Part shown: one piece after another, positions 28,138 through 37,532 of the stretch | Position numbering within the stretch: the first letter of the stretch is position 1 | How the letters are laid out: every line of letters starts with the position of its first letter | NCBI GenBank assembly: GCA_964291315.2 | Contig: OZ219753.1 | Span: forward strand, 320,001 to 384,000 | Reading direction: 5' to 3' | DNA length: 64,000 nucleotides | DNA from: Candidatus Poribacteria bacterium | Lineage (GTDB): Bacteria; Poribacteria; WGA-4E; WGA-3G | Notes under the pieces: model-generated | What the model was told of the DNA's origin: nothing | The model's input: only the letters and a program-made list of their open reading frames with translations | The model's database searches: none | Position numbers and translations under genes: made by a program

Positions 28138-29163
28138 TTAGCGTGCTAACTTCTGCTGTAGTTTGGGGCTATCTATAACATCTCGATTAACAACATGCGA
28201 AGGGATTTGCCCGGAAGCTACACTGATGATACTCCCGCACGCGCTCTTAGCATTACCGTCAAAGCATTCATTTGTCCAACAGATACTGTGTGGTGTAACA
28301 ATGACGTTTTCCAAGGTCAGGAGCGGATCGTCGTTATTAATTGGCTCTTGTTCAAAGACATCAAGCCCGGCTCCTTGGATCCGCCGACTTTGTAGTGCTT
28401 CTGTTAGTGCTTTCTGATCAACAATAGGGCCTCGGGCGGTGTTAATCAGGTAAGCTGTCGGTTTCATCAGTCCGATAAGTCGTGCATCTACGAGTCCGCG
28501 CGTCTCTTCGTTTAGGGGGCAGCAGACACACACGAAATCCGCAGTCCGCATCAAGGTTTCCAGATCAACGACTTCTGCACCGACTTCTGCCGCTTCGGCA
28601 GCTGTAACGTATGGATCATAGGCGATGTGGTGCATCTCGAAAGGCTTTGCCAGTTTGAACACTTCTTTTCCGATGTTACCTATACCGACGAGTCCCAACG
28701 TCCTGCCGACTAATCCGGTTCCTCTGTAGTTTTGCGTATTTCTCCATCCACCGGCGCGGATAAGTCGATCTTTTATCAACAACATGTGGCTCAGCGATAA
28801 GACAAAAGCCATAATAGAGGTGGCAACGGGACGGCGAACCCCGTCTGGAGCAATTGTTAGCAGTACACCATTTTCGGTACAGGCTTCTACATCTACCTTA
28901 TCATATCCGACGCCGAATCGAGCGATAACAGCTAACCTGTCAGCGCTTGTAAACGTCTCTGCTGTGATAGCAGCTCCTAATACCAAGAGTGCATCATAAT
29001 CCTTCACTTGTGTGTCTTGTAATACTGGTGTGTCCTCAGCAATGTATTCCCACTGCAGGTTAGCTTTGCCGAAAAGCTGACCTGCGACAGCGTCTAAATC
29101 GCTTGTGCCGTCAGGCCCCAAAAAGTCACGTGTGATACCTATTCGAAACACAGTTTTGTTCAT
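28138..29163 (-). CDS. D-isomer-specific 2-hydroxyacid dehydrogenase (SerA/GhrB-like)
   Basis: RFGVGYD, GLVGIGNIG, LINTARGPIVD, GLDVFEQEP, TPH. Confidence 0.92.
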   Translation of the reverse strand: MNKTVFRIGITRDFLGPDGTSDLDAVAGQLFGKANLQWEYIAEDTPVLQDTQVKDYDALLVLGAAITAETFTSADRLAVIARFGVGYDKVDVEACTENGVLLTIAPDGVRRPVATSIMAFVLSLSHMLLIKDRLIRAGGWRNTQNYRGTGLVGRTLGLVGIGNIGKEVFKLAKPFEMHHIAYDPYVTAAEAAEVGAEVVDLETLMRTADFVCVCCPLNEETRGLVDARLIGLMKPTAYLINTARGPIVDQKALTEALQSRRIQGAGLDVFEQEPINNDDPLLTLENVIVTPHSICWTNECFDGNAKSACGSIISVASGQIPSHVVNRDVIDSPKLQQKLAR

Positions 29164-29247
29164 TTGCTATCCTTACTGTTTGTCATGGTGGGGCTATAAA
29201 CCGATAAACATTTCCCCGAGGGTATTTCGTGTCAAAGGTGTTTTTAA

Positions 29248-30840
29248 TTATCTTTCAATCCAAATTTGGCGGAAGTACTTCCACGTTAGGGGATGGAGTT
29301 TAAGGTTTTTCACCTTTTTGTTAACGGCCAGAATCTGTTGCGCGTGTGCTAAGGGTACCCATGGCATATCCTTGTGAAAAATACGTTGTGCTTCCTTGTA
29401 GAGCGAAACGCGCGTTTCTTGGTCAGTGTTTACCCTTGCCTGCTCAAGTACATCTTGCATTGCTTCGCTTCGATAGAACGCTATATTCCCAGCGGGCTTT
29501 TCGGCTGCTGACTTGCTCAAAAGATAATAGAAAAAGTTATCTGGATCACCTAAATCGGCGCTCCAACCTAACATTGCTATGTCGTGCTCTCCGTTTTTTG
29601 TTTTCTCCAGATAGGTTCCCCAGTCATAAGTTACGATTTTTGCCTCAATGCCGATGTTTCGGAGGTCAGATTGCAGTACTTCAGCAAGTGCCCGTCCATC
29701 TGGGATGTAGGGCCGCGGGACCGGGAGTGCCCAGAGGGTGGTCTCGAACCCGTCAGGATAACCTGCCTCAGCAAGAAGCTGCTTCGCTATTTCAGGATCA
29801 TAAACGTAATCTTTAATTGTGTCGTCATAGCTCCAGAGGGTGGGCGGGATCGGGTTTTTTGCCTGAATCCCCATCCCTTGGTATAGGTGTTCAATAATGG
29901 CCGTTTTGTTTATGGCGTGATTTATTGCAAGCCTTACTTTTAGGTTATCGAATGGTGGTTTGTCCATGTTCATCGCTAGATAGCCAATGCTCATACCCGG
30001 CTGCATCAGTAATTCGAGCGTTGGATCTTCTTGAATCTGCTGAAAGTCATCTGGATTTGGGAATTCCATTGCATGTAGACTTCCCTCTTGGAGCTTAATA
30101 AGTCGTACTGAATTATCAGGAATAGACTGGAAGATAATTCTATCCAACGGAGGTCTACCTGCCCAATATGAGTCATTTGCTTCAAGTACGATCTTATCGT
30201 TCCGATCCCAGCGAACGAACTTAAAAGGGCCGGTACCAACGGGATAATTCGTGAAATCCTCACCCCATTTCTTCAATGCTGTTGGACTCACAATCGAGAA
30301 TGCTGGGATTGTAAGTGTTGAGAGGAAGGGGGCATACGGCGTTTTAAGACCGATTTGAACAGTCCTTTCATTAACAGCAGCAATTGTATCTACAATTTCC
30401 GCTAGGCCGGTCTCTATCCAATAGTTGTAGGCACCGCCGACTTTGTGGAAGGGGTGTGTATTATCGTGTTGTCGGTTAAGAGAGAAGAGGACTGCTTCAG
30501 CGTTGAAAGCAGTTCCGTCATGGAAGGTCACGCCTTGGCGTAGGTGGAATGTCCATGTTAAACCATCTTCTGAGCTTTTCCAACTCGTAGCGAGTGCGGG
30601 TTCAAGTTCCGTGCTTCCGTCTTTGTATTGGACGAGTGTATCGTAAATATTTTGGCAAACCTTAAAGGATTCACCGTCTATCTCGTGTGCCGGATCAAGC
30701 CCGATAGAATCACCGCCACGTCCGAAGATTAGAGTGCCGCCTCGCTCTATATGTGAGTCAGCGAATGCTGACGCGAACACTATAAATGGTAATATTAAAA
30801 GGGTTAATAAGAAAAAATGTACAGAAAACCTGCTTTTCAT
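29248..30840 (-). CDS. Peptide ABC transporter substrate-binding protein (DppA-like, family 5)
   Basis: LEPALATSW, WTFHLRQGVTFHDGT, PVGTGPFKF, RPYIP, GW.AD.GDPDNF; ATG 30840 follows GGAGG. Confidence 0.92.
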   Translation of the reverse strand: MKSRFSVHFFLLTLLILPFIVFASAFADSHIERGGTLIFGRGGDSIGLDPAHEIDGESFKVCQNIYDTLVQYKDGSTELEPALATSWKSSEDGLTWTFHLRQGVTFHDGTAFNAEAVLFSLNRQHDNTHPFHKVGGAYNYWIETGLAEIVDTIAAVNERTVQIGLKTPYAPFLSTLTIPAFSIVSPTALKKWGEDFTNYPVGTGPFKFVRWDRNDKIVLEANDSYWAGRPPLDRIIFQSIPDNSVRLIKLQEGSLHAMEFPNPDDFQQIQEDPTLELLMQPGMSIGYLAMNMDKPPFDNLKVRLAINHAINKTAIIEHLYQGMGIQAKNPIPPTLWSYDDTIKDYVYDPEIAKQLLAEAGYPDGFETTLWALPVPRPYIPDGRALAEVLQSDLRNIGIEAKIVTYDWGTYLEKTKNGEHDIAMLGWSADLGDPDNFFYYLLSKSAAEKPAGNIAFYRSEAMQDVLEQARVNTDQETRVSLYKEAQRIFHKDMPWVPLAHAQQILAVNKKVKNLKLHPLTWKYFRQIWIER

Positions 30841-31109
30841 AGATGCCTCCGCTATTCTTAAAATGATGTATTTATCATACAAGGTTCTTCAGGAAAAGTC
30901 AAGTGTCCTTTTCTGGTCTTTTCTTATAGGAGCGATCTGCGGATAATTGCAGGTCCATTCGATTTGCGATTTGTCTAGTAAATCATAACCTAATGAAGTC
31001 CGTGTATCTTTTTTCTTAAAAAGCCGTTTTATTAATGGGTATTTTGTCTTAATACCGTAATGCAGTTGTGAATCTGACTAATTTATTAGGTGGTTTTCAT
31101 CAGGAGATT

Positions 31110-33080
31110 ATGTTGTCCGTTGATCAACTCATTCAAAATTTAACAGACACAACGCAACCGAGCGTCGTGCGTAGTAGTGCTATTGAAGGGCTTGTGACTC
31201 AAGGTGGTGCAAGAGGCGTGAAGTTCCTAATTGAGGTACTGACTGACTCTGATTCAATGGTCCGCCGAGAAGCGGCGAAAGCACTTCGGAATCTTGAGGC
31301 AACCGAGGCAATAGAGCCGCTCCTTAAAGCGTTGCAGGCAGAACCTAAAGATTTAACTGCTTGGGCGATGCTTGAAGCGATCGGTGAGTTAGGGAGTCCA
31401 AGTGTTATCCCGACCTTAGAATCGCTAAGTAGCGCTGACTCTATGCTCACGCGGATAGAGGTGAAGAAAAGTATTCGTAGGATCCGGGATCAGTATGGCA
31501 TCGAAAACATATCTAGTGTGCCGAGGGAAGAAGAAACTACTGCACGGCAAGCACACCCTACGCGCCCCTCTGAATTAAGACCGTCTCAGGATACCCCTAT
31601 TTCTGATTCGGGCTCCGTGGAAACCGAAGAAATACAAGGCGATCACAAATCACTCCTGCCCTATCCGATTAATAAGGCTAACTCACGAGCTTCTATCGCT
31701 ACCGAAGAAACAGATAAACCCGGCCGGGAACAGACAGCTGTTTCTACAGAGGACACCTTTGAAGCACCTCCGGTGGAAACAGACCAAATAACAACTGCCT
31801 TGCCCGAAGATGGAACGGAGCAGGAGAACCATACACCATTTTCTGAGGCAACAGAGGAGATTCTAAGTAATCCTGAATTTATAGAGGAGGTAGGAACAGA
31901 TACGGAGCACCCGGGATTCGATGAAGAGACTGAGATAAGTGACACAGAGCCTTTGGAACCTGATGAAGAAATAGACATACCCATCGTGAAATCCAGAGAT
32001 TCAGAAGAAGATATGGAAATAAATGATTTAGTAAAGTCAATTTCGCGATCGCCTCGTCTCGCCGGTTCATCTGTCGCGCTCCCCGTGTTGGCCCCAAATG
32101 CGTCTACTGTTCCGTATCAGCCTGAAGTAGCCCCGTCCGAAAAAGAAAACTTTTTTCTTGCTGTTTTGCATCCAGGGAAGTATCTCTCCAAGCGTTGGGT
32201 ATCTCGCACGCGTGTTTATCTTGTGTTGTGGGGCGTTCTCCTTGCTGCTACGGTCGGTTTCATACAATATCAGAGACATCGCAACGTAGAGGAGATACCG
32301 TTATCTCATATTGGTCTTTCTCACACTGAAGTCCCAGATTTGGTAAGACGCTCCTTAGCAGAAGGTGACTTTTACATTCAAGAGGGCCACTATAGACAAG
32401 CTATTAGTGCGTATCAGTTGAGTCGTGAGCTAGGAGCATTACCTATTCATTTCTATAGAAAACTCGGGTTTGCATATTTTAAGGAGGGGCAATATGCCCT
32501 GGCCTCTGAGGCATATGAGATATTTCTGGAGGAACGAGAAAAAGTATCTGCTCCTGATGTATTTACTGCTGAGGCCTCGCTTAGTGGTATGTACTCGACG
32601 ACGAATTCTGTCGAGGCGGCAATTGTACAGGATTATGAAACCTACAACATCCTCGGCACAGCCTATATGGAACTCGGACATCTACGTAACTCTCAGCGTG
32701 CTTACGAACAAGCGATACATCTGGCACCGAAATATGGTGAGGCCTATAACAACCTCGCGCGTCTCTACGTCGACGGTTATCAGCAGAAACTCTGGCTTGC
32801 TGAGACATTGGCCTATACTGCAGTCACGCTCAACCCCAATGTTGCTGCTTATCACGATACCCTCGGTTGGATTTTGTCAAAGCGTGGACGGGTGAATAAA
32901 GCCATGAAGACTTTGGAACGTTCTATTAATCTTCAAAGCGATGCTGTTGCGTCCCACTACCATCTCGCTCAGGTTGCTCTAAAAGCCGATCAAAGACAGA
33001 AGGCAATAAAATCAATTCGGAACGTGTTCAAACTCAATCCTGCCTACGTACATTTAAATACAATAAACGGACAACAATAG
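31110..33080 (+). CDS. Protein with HEAT repeats, acidic linker, a TM helix and TPR repeats
   Basis: N-terminal PBS-lyase-type HEAT repeats (VRREAAKAL), TM VYLVLWGVLLAATVGFI, C-terminal TPRs (AYNNLA, YHDTLGW, HYHLAQ); RBS AGGAG. Confidence 0.85.
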   Translation: MLSVDQLIQNLTDTTQPSVVRSSAIEGLVTQGGARGVKFLIEVLTDSDSMVRREAAKALRNLEATEAIEPLLKALQAEPKDLTAWAMLEAIGELGSPSVIPTLESLSSADSMLTRIEVKKSIRRIRDQYGIENISSVPREEETTARQAHPTRPSELRPSQDTPISDSGSVETEEIQGDHKSLLPYPINKANSRASIATEETDKPGREQTAVSTEDTFEAPPVETDQITTALPEDGTEQENHTPFSEATEEILSNPEFIEEVGTDTEHPGFDEETEISDTEPLEPDEEIDIPIVKSRDSEEDMEINDLVKSISRSPRLAGSSVALPVLAPNASTVPYQPEVAPSEKENFFLAVLHPGKYLSKRWVSRTRVYLVLWGVLLAATVGFIQYQRHRNVEEIPLSHIGLSHTEVPDLVRRSLAEGDFYIQEGHYRQAISAYQLSRELGALPIHFYRKLGFAYFKEGQYALASEAYEIFLEEREKVSAPDVFTAEASLSGMYSTTNSVEAAIVQDYETYNILGTAYMELGHLRNSQRAYEQAIHLAPKYGEAYNNLARLYVDGYQQKLWLAETLAYTAVTLNPNVAAYHDTLGWILSKRGRVNKAMKTLERSINLQSDAVASHYHLAQVALKADQRQKAIKSIRNVFKLNPAYVHLNTINGQQ

Positions 33081-33085
33081 GGAAC

Positions 33086-36000
33086 CTACCGGATGACGGA
33101 AAGTTTGCCGATACGTCGATCTGTCTCTGATTCAAGGACATAGACATAAACCCCACTACTAATTCCAGAGAGATTCCAAACCTTTCTATCTCTCTCTGTT
33201 TCCGTTCTACCGAGCGACGCTATACAATTTCCAACGGCATCGTAAATATAAATATTGGTTCTTTTTGGCAGCTGAGCAAATGTGACTTGATCACATTCCA
33301 CTGGATTCGGATAGACGACGGTTTCCGCTAATGTCGGTGCAGGAAGTAGGATTGTTAGCATTCTGGCATCATCTGCAAGTTCCGCGCCGTATGTATCCGA
33401 GAGTTGCAGTGCCTCAATCCGATAACGGTTTCCTGTGCGGAAAACGGTTGGGGAAAATGTGAGCACCACTCGATGCTGGGACCGATCTAGAATTGCTGAG
33501 GTTGGCGCTGAACTGTCCGAATGGTTTTCAGTCCCTTCTTGCTTGTATAAACGGTAGCGTCCTGGGTGTGCCGCTGAAAGCCCCATCGGTTTGTCAAATT
33601 GTAGAAGAATCTGATTTGGTGGTGAATAGTCTGCCGCATGTAATCTTGGTCGCCGCGTCGGTATAACAGAGATTGCGGCGGACTCCTTTGAAAATCTGCC
33701 GTTTGGGTCCTTCGAGACAAGTGCATACCAATAAGTTTTCCCTATGGTGAGGCCTCTATCCGTAAACGCAGTTCCTCGAATCCCTTCGCTAATCCGTTGC
33801 AACGAGTCCCGACGTTCTCCACGATAGAGGACGTGTGTTACAGACTTCTCCGAGGTTTGCCATGAAAGCGATACGGAACTTTCGTCAATAGGTTTTGCCG
33901 TAACGCCCCATGGTGCGCTAAGGGAACTTCTCGACTGCGAATTTGAAAATGCAGGGGCTTCAAAAACCGTTAAGACGTTATCGCTATTGAACAACAGGGC
34001 GTTTACCCCATTTCCATTAATGTCAGCTACGATCGGATTGAAAGTGCTTGTGGCGGGATAGTGCCAGATAGGACGATAGCTTATTCCGTCGTATTGGATA
34101 AGATAGAAGTTTGGAGAAGTGGCGATGCACAATTCGTTGTGTCCGTCGTTGTTTGCATCTGCAATAATCATTCCATTTCCGCCATAGCGTGCGTCCCGAA
34201 TGCGTTGTGTCCAGACAACGTGATAAGTATCATTTGCTGCTGAAGCGAAAACAGTTAAAAGCCAATGATGGTAGCGAATGTCTAATGAGGTATTGCCGAT
34301 TGTCGTCCCGGTCCTAGCACAGATAGCGAATTCTGGTCGGCCATCGCCGTTCATATCACCGGCGGCAAAGAGTTCTGGTACGCCTTCAGGGAGCGTATGG
34401 GTCCAGGTTTGTCTGTATTGGTTGTTTCCTATTGCTTCGTACAAGAATATTTCGCCGTCTTTATCACCTGCTAAGATATCTATCTTTCCATCGCCGTCAA
34501 AATCGCCGGTAGCGAAATTTGCGCTAAGTCCATTATTTCCTGTGGTAGGATTTTCAAGTATAGCCACATTACGATGGTTGTTATTTCCATCTGACTCATA
34601 CACAAAGATAGAATTGGTGGCATCATCACGCGCGAAAATTTCATCAGTTCCATCTGCATCTGCATCTATGATGGTTCTGCTCCAATTGCCTTGCGCTTCC
34701 CAAATCCGTTCTGTAGGAAACCTACCTTGTGCAGGCTGCTCCAACAAAAATACTGTATCCAAAGTGTTACACAGTATCTCTATGCGTCCGTCCGCGTCGG
34801 TGTCCGATACTGCTAGGGGCCATAGAGATTCAGGGAATGAAAAGAGCGACTCGAATTTACCGTTATCCTGTATCTCAAAAATCTGTGCCGAATGGTTGTC
34901 CATTTCGACTGCGATGATCTCCAATTTTTGATTGTTGTCCATATCTACCGATGAGGCAATGGCGTGCAATCCCCGTTCTGCAAGTGCAACTTGTGAAAGA
35001 TGCGAAGGATGAATCCGGGCATTCTGCATTTCAATCTCATACAACGCCCCGTTGTTGTCATCGACCCGTAGAAGTCCTGATCGATTTTCTACTAATAACC
35101 GGTACATATAATGCCCTGGGGATACACCTAAATCGGACACATCTACAATGTGGAGGAGGTTCTCTGAATCCGATCGAGCAATCCTACTAACATTTCCAAC
35201 TGTGTCGAAAATCTCTATCTCACCTATAGATACCTCATCGGTTTGCCACAGAACGACGGAGTGAATTCTGTCTCCTGCGAGCCATGTTTGCGATTCATGT
35301 CTTAATATAATAGGTGCTGTATGATTAACATCAACGACGGTTCTGTCTCTCTTGATTTCACCATTTTCTGTTTTGACACTAAGTCTTATTGTATATTGAT
35401 TCTCCGTTAAGTCGGAAGTATTCCACTTATGCAAGCAGGTGTTAAACTTCGGTTTTACTTGTACAGGCCCGAGAGGGAGCCATAAATTGGGGACTTCGCC
35501 AATTCCATATTCCAACCAGTATTCAGTGAACCCAACTCCTCCGGCACTGCCGAAAATTTCAATGTTTCTAGTGTTGTTATGTACTGTATGTTGGGTTTTC
35601 TGAGACACATCGATATCGGCAATGATGCCTTTTGAAACACTCAAGGCAGCGGATGCGTCAAGTGATCCTGCTCCAACGAGAGCGTTTATAAACAGCGGTT
35701 CTGCAGTGGTGATAAGCGTTTCCAAAATCTCCGTGTTGCTGTATTGTGGGTTTGCAGCGAGCAGCAAGCTAGCGACTCCGGAGACATGTGCGGCTGCCAT
35801 GGATGTGCCGGACCTGTTTTGGTACCCGTTGTTAATATCTGTACTCGGAATTTCTTCGCCAGGTGCGGCGAGGTCAATTCTCGCGCCGAAATTAGAATCA
35901 GTGTACAACTGTTTTTCCTGTCCAAGTCCGGCGACGGAAATAACAGTTTTAAGGGCAGCGGGGTAATAGGATCCGGGGGCTCCAGAGTTTCCTGCGGCCC

Positions 36001-36949
36001 CGATCAGCACACAACCACGATCGTAAGCATATTCTAAGGCATCTTCTATGATGAAGGCGTTTACTTTGTCGCCCCAGCTCATGTTAATCACATCTGCCCC
36101 GTTATCGGCTGCATAAACAATAGCGGCAGCGAGGTCGTCGTTCTGGAGATATTCGCCCCCTCCGAATTTAAAACCTGCTCTCAACGTCATGAGGCGAGAG
36201 TTCCATGCGATACCAGCGATTCCGATGCCATTGTTCGTTTTGGCAGCAATGATACCGGAGACATGTGTGCCGTGTCCTGTTTCGTCCTCAGGTTTGTTGT
36301 CGCGTTCCGTGAAATCGCCACTGCCCGGTAGGGTTGGAGCATCACTAAAGTCCCAGCCGTTGATGTCATCAACATAACCGTTCCCGTCGTCATCGATGCC
36401 GTTTTCAGGGATTTCACTGCTATTTCGCCAAAGTTTTGATTGAAATTCAGGGTGTCGTGTTGCTATACCGCTATCGACGACTGCCACTGTCACTTCCGGG
36501 TTCCCGTGCTCGATATTCCATGCCTCTGGCATGTTTATTAAGGTCAGATTCCACTGTTCCGCGTATCTCGGATCATTTGGTAGGGTTGCTGCGCACGGTT
36601 GATTGAGGCGATTTAACTCCACCGCCTCAATTGTAGGATGCTTGGCGTACCGTCGCTGCAAAGGTTCTAGCTCCCACTTTGCTGGGAACCGGATGAGGTA
36701 AACGTTCTGTAGGCGCGGGTGTCGTCCGGCAGGCGTAACCGGTGAAAAGATCGGAGAAACAGATACCGCCCCGAGCTGTTCACTCAATATGGTAAGCTGT
36801 TTGGTAGATGCGTCTCTATGGAGACGCACCACCAATTCACCGGGCGTATAAGCAAGCTTGGAGATAGCGCCTGAATTGCTTTGGGCGAAAGCGATTTGTG
36901 CATTTACGAACAACACGAGGATATAGAGATGGATAAGAGTTTGTTTCAT
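33086..36949 (-). CDS. S8 subtilisin-like peptidase with FG-GAP repeats, FN3/Ig domains and a T9SS-like C-terminal domain
   Basis: Catalytic triad motifs VAVVDSG, GHGTHVSG, SGTSMAA; DxDGDG repeats; C-terminal YPNP...IYIYD..G...SGVYVY. Start set at MKQTLIHL. Confidence 0.92.
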   Translation of the reverse strand: MKQTLIHLYILVLFVNAQIAFAQSNSGAISKLAYTPGELVVRLHRDASTKQLTILSEQLGAVSVSPIFSPVTPAGRHPRLQNVYLIRFPAKWELEPLQRRYAKHPTIEAVELNRLNQPCAATLPNDPRYAEQWNLTLINMPEAWNIEHGNPEVTVAVVDSGIATRHPEFQSKLWRNSSEIPENGIDDDGNGYVDDINGWDFSDAPTLPGSGDFTERDNKPEDETGHGTHVSGIIAAKTNNGIGIAGIAWNSRLMTLRAGFKFGGGEYLQNDDLAAAIVYAADNGADVINMSWGDKVNAFIIEDALEYAYDRGCVLIGAAGNSGAPGSYYPAALKTVISVAGLGQEKQLYTDSNFGARIDLAAPGEEIPSTDINNGYQNRSGTSMAAAHVSGVASLLLAANPQYSNTEILETLITTAEPLFINALVGAGSLDASAALSVSKGIIADIDVSQKTQHTVHNNTRNIEIFGSAGGVGFTEYWLEYGIGEVPNLWLPLGPVQVKPKFNTCLHKWNTSDLTENQYTIRLSVKTENGEIKRDRTVVDVNHTAPIILRHESQTWLAGDRIHSVVLWQTDEVSIGEIEIFDTVGNVSRIARSDSENLLHIVDVSDLGVSPGHYMYRLLVENRSGLLRVDDNNGALYEIEMQNARIHPSHLSQVALAERGLHAIASSVDMDNNQKLEIIAVEMDNHSAQIFEIQDNGKFESLFSFPESLWPLAVSDTDADGRIEILCNTLDTVFLLEQPAQGRFPTERIWEAQGNWSRTIIDADADGTDEIFARDDATNSIFVYESDGNNNHRNVAILENPTTGNNGLSANFATGDFDGDGKIDILAGDKDGEIFLYEAIGNNQYRQTWTHTLPEGVPELFAAGDMNGDGRPEFAICARTGTTIGNTSLDIRYHHWLLTVFASAANDTYHVVWTQRIRDARYGGNGMIIADANNDGHNELCIATSPNFYLIQYDGISYRPIWHYPATSTFNPIVADINGNGVNALLFNSDNVLTVFEAPAFSNSQSRSSLSAPWGVTAKPIDESSVSLSWQTSEKSVTHVLYRGERRDSLQRISEGIRGTAFTDRGLTIGKTYWYALVSKDPNGRFSKESAAISVIPTRRPRLHAADYSPPNQILLQFDKPMGLSAAHPGRYRLYKQEGTENHSDSSAPTSAILDRSQHRVVLTFSPTVFRTGNRYRIEALQLSDTYGAELADDARMLTILLPAPTLAETVVYPNPVECDQVTFAQLPKRTNIYIYDAVGNCIASLGRTETERDRKVWNLSGISSGVYVYVLESETDRRIGKLSVIR

Positions 36950-37532
36950 GAGTTTCGATATACTTTTGGTAGAACGGTAGCACACAGCATGGCGGTCATT
37001 TATTTTTTGTAGGACCGTTCGCAATCTAAATTTCTGAAAACTACCGTTGCCGATGACTTGTACATAATCTTGTGAATCCTGCAAATCTTGCTTCTGACAA
37101 AAACTGGGAAAATTGCTAGTGGCCGACCCCTGACTCCTGACAATCTAAAGCTGGAAGTGCATCGGCCTGACTAGGTCTACAAGGCTATTTAGCTTAAGAG
37201 ACGAGTTTGCTTATGTAAAGATTAACTATAAATGGATGCGTGAACTTATTCGAGGGAAATGTGTTTTTCCGAACGAGAAGGTCGTGCCAGAAATGAGCTT
37301 AGTCTATTCCTATGCTGAGTCTGGACATCCTTGCAGAAATTACTAGAAAACTAAGGTGCCCTAACACAGCGGATCCCTAAATTGTAATTTTCGACGTAAT
37401 GTGTTATATTATTAATTAGTGTGAAATTCAGATAGAAAAAACAATTTTTCTATTTACCTAGTATCAATATTATAATGGCGACGTTTTGGGATTACATCGT
37501 TTGCTGTCAAAAAAATTTAAGGAAGTACACAC

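Noticed and set aside
37090-37530. 440-bp divergent intergenic region as a riboswitch (e.g. TPP or SAM) for the ALS-like/mtnA genes
   Set aside because: I could not identify a convincing TPP or SAM-I core or an expression platform.
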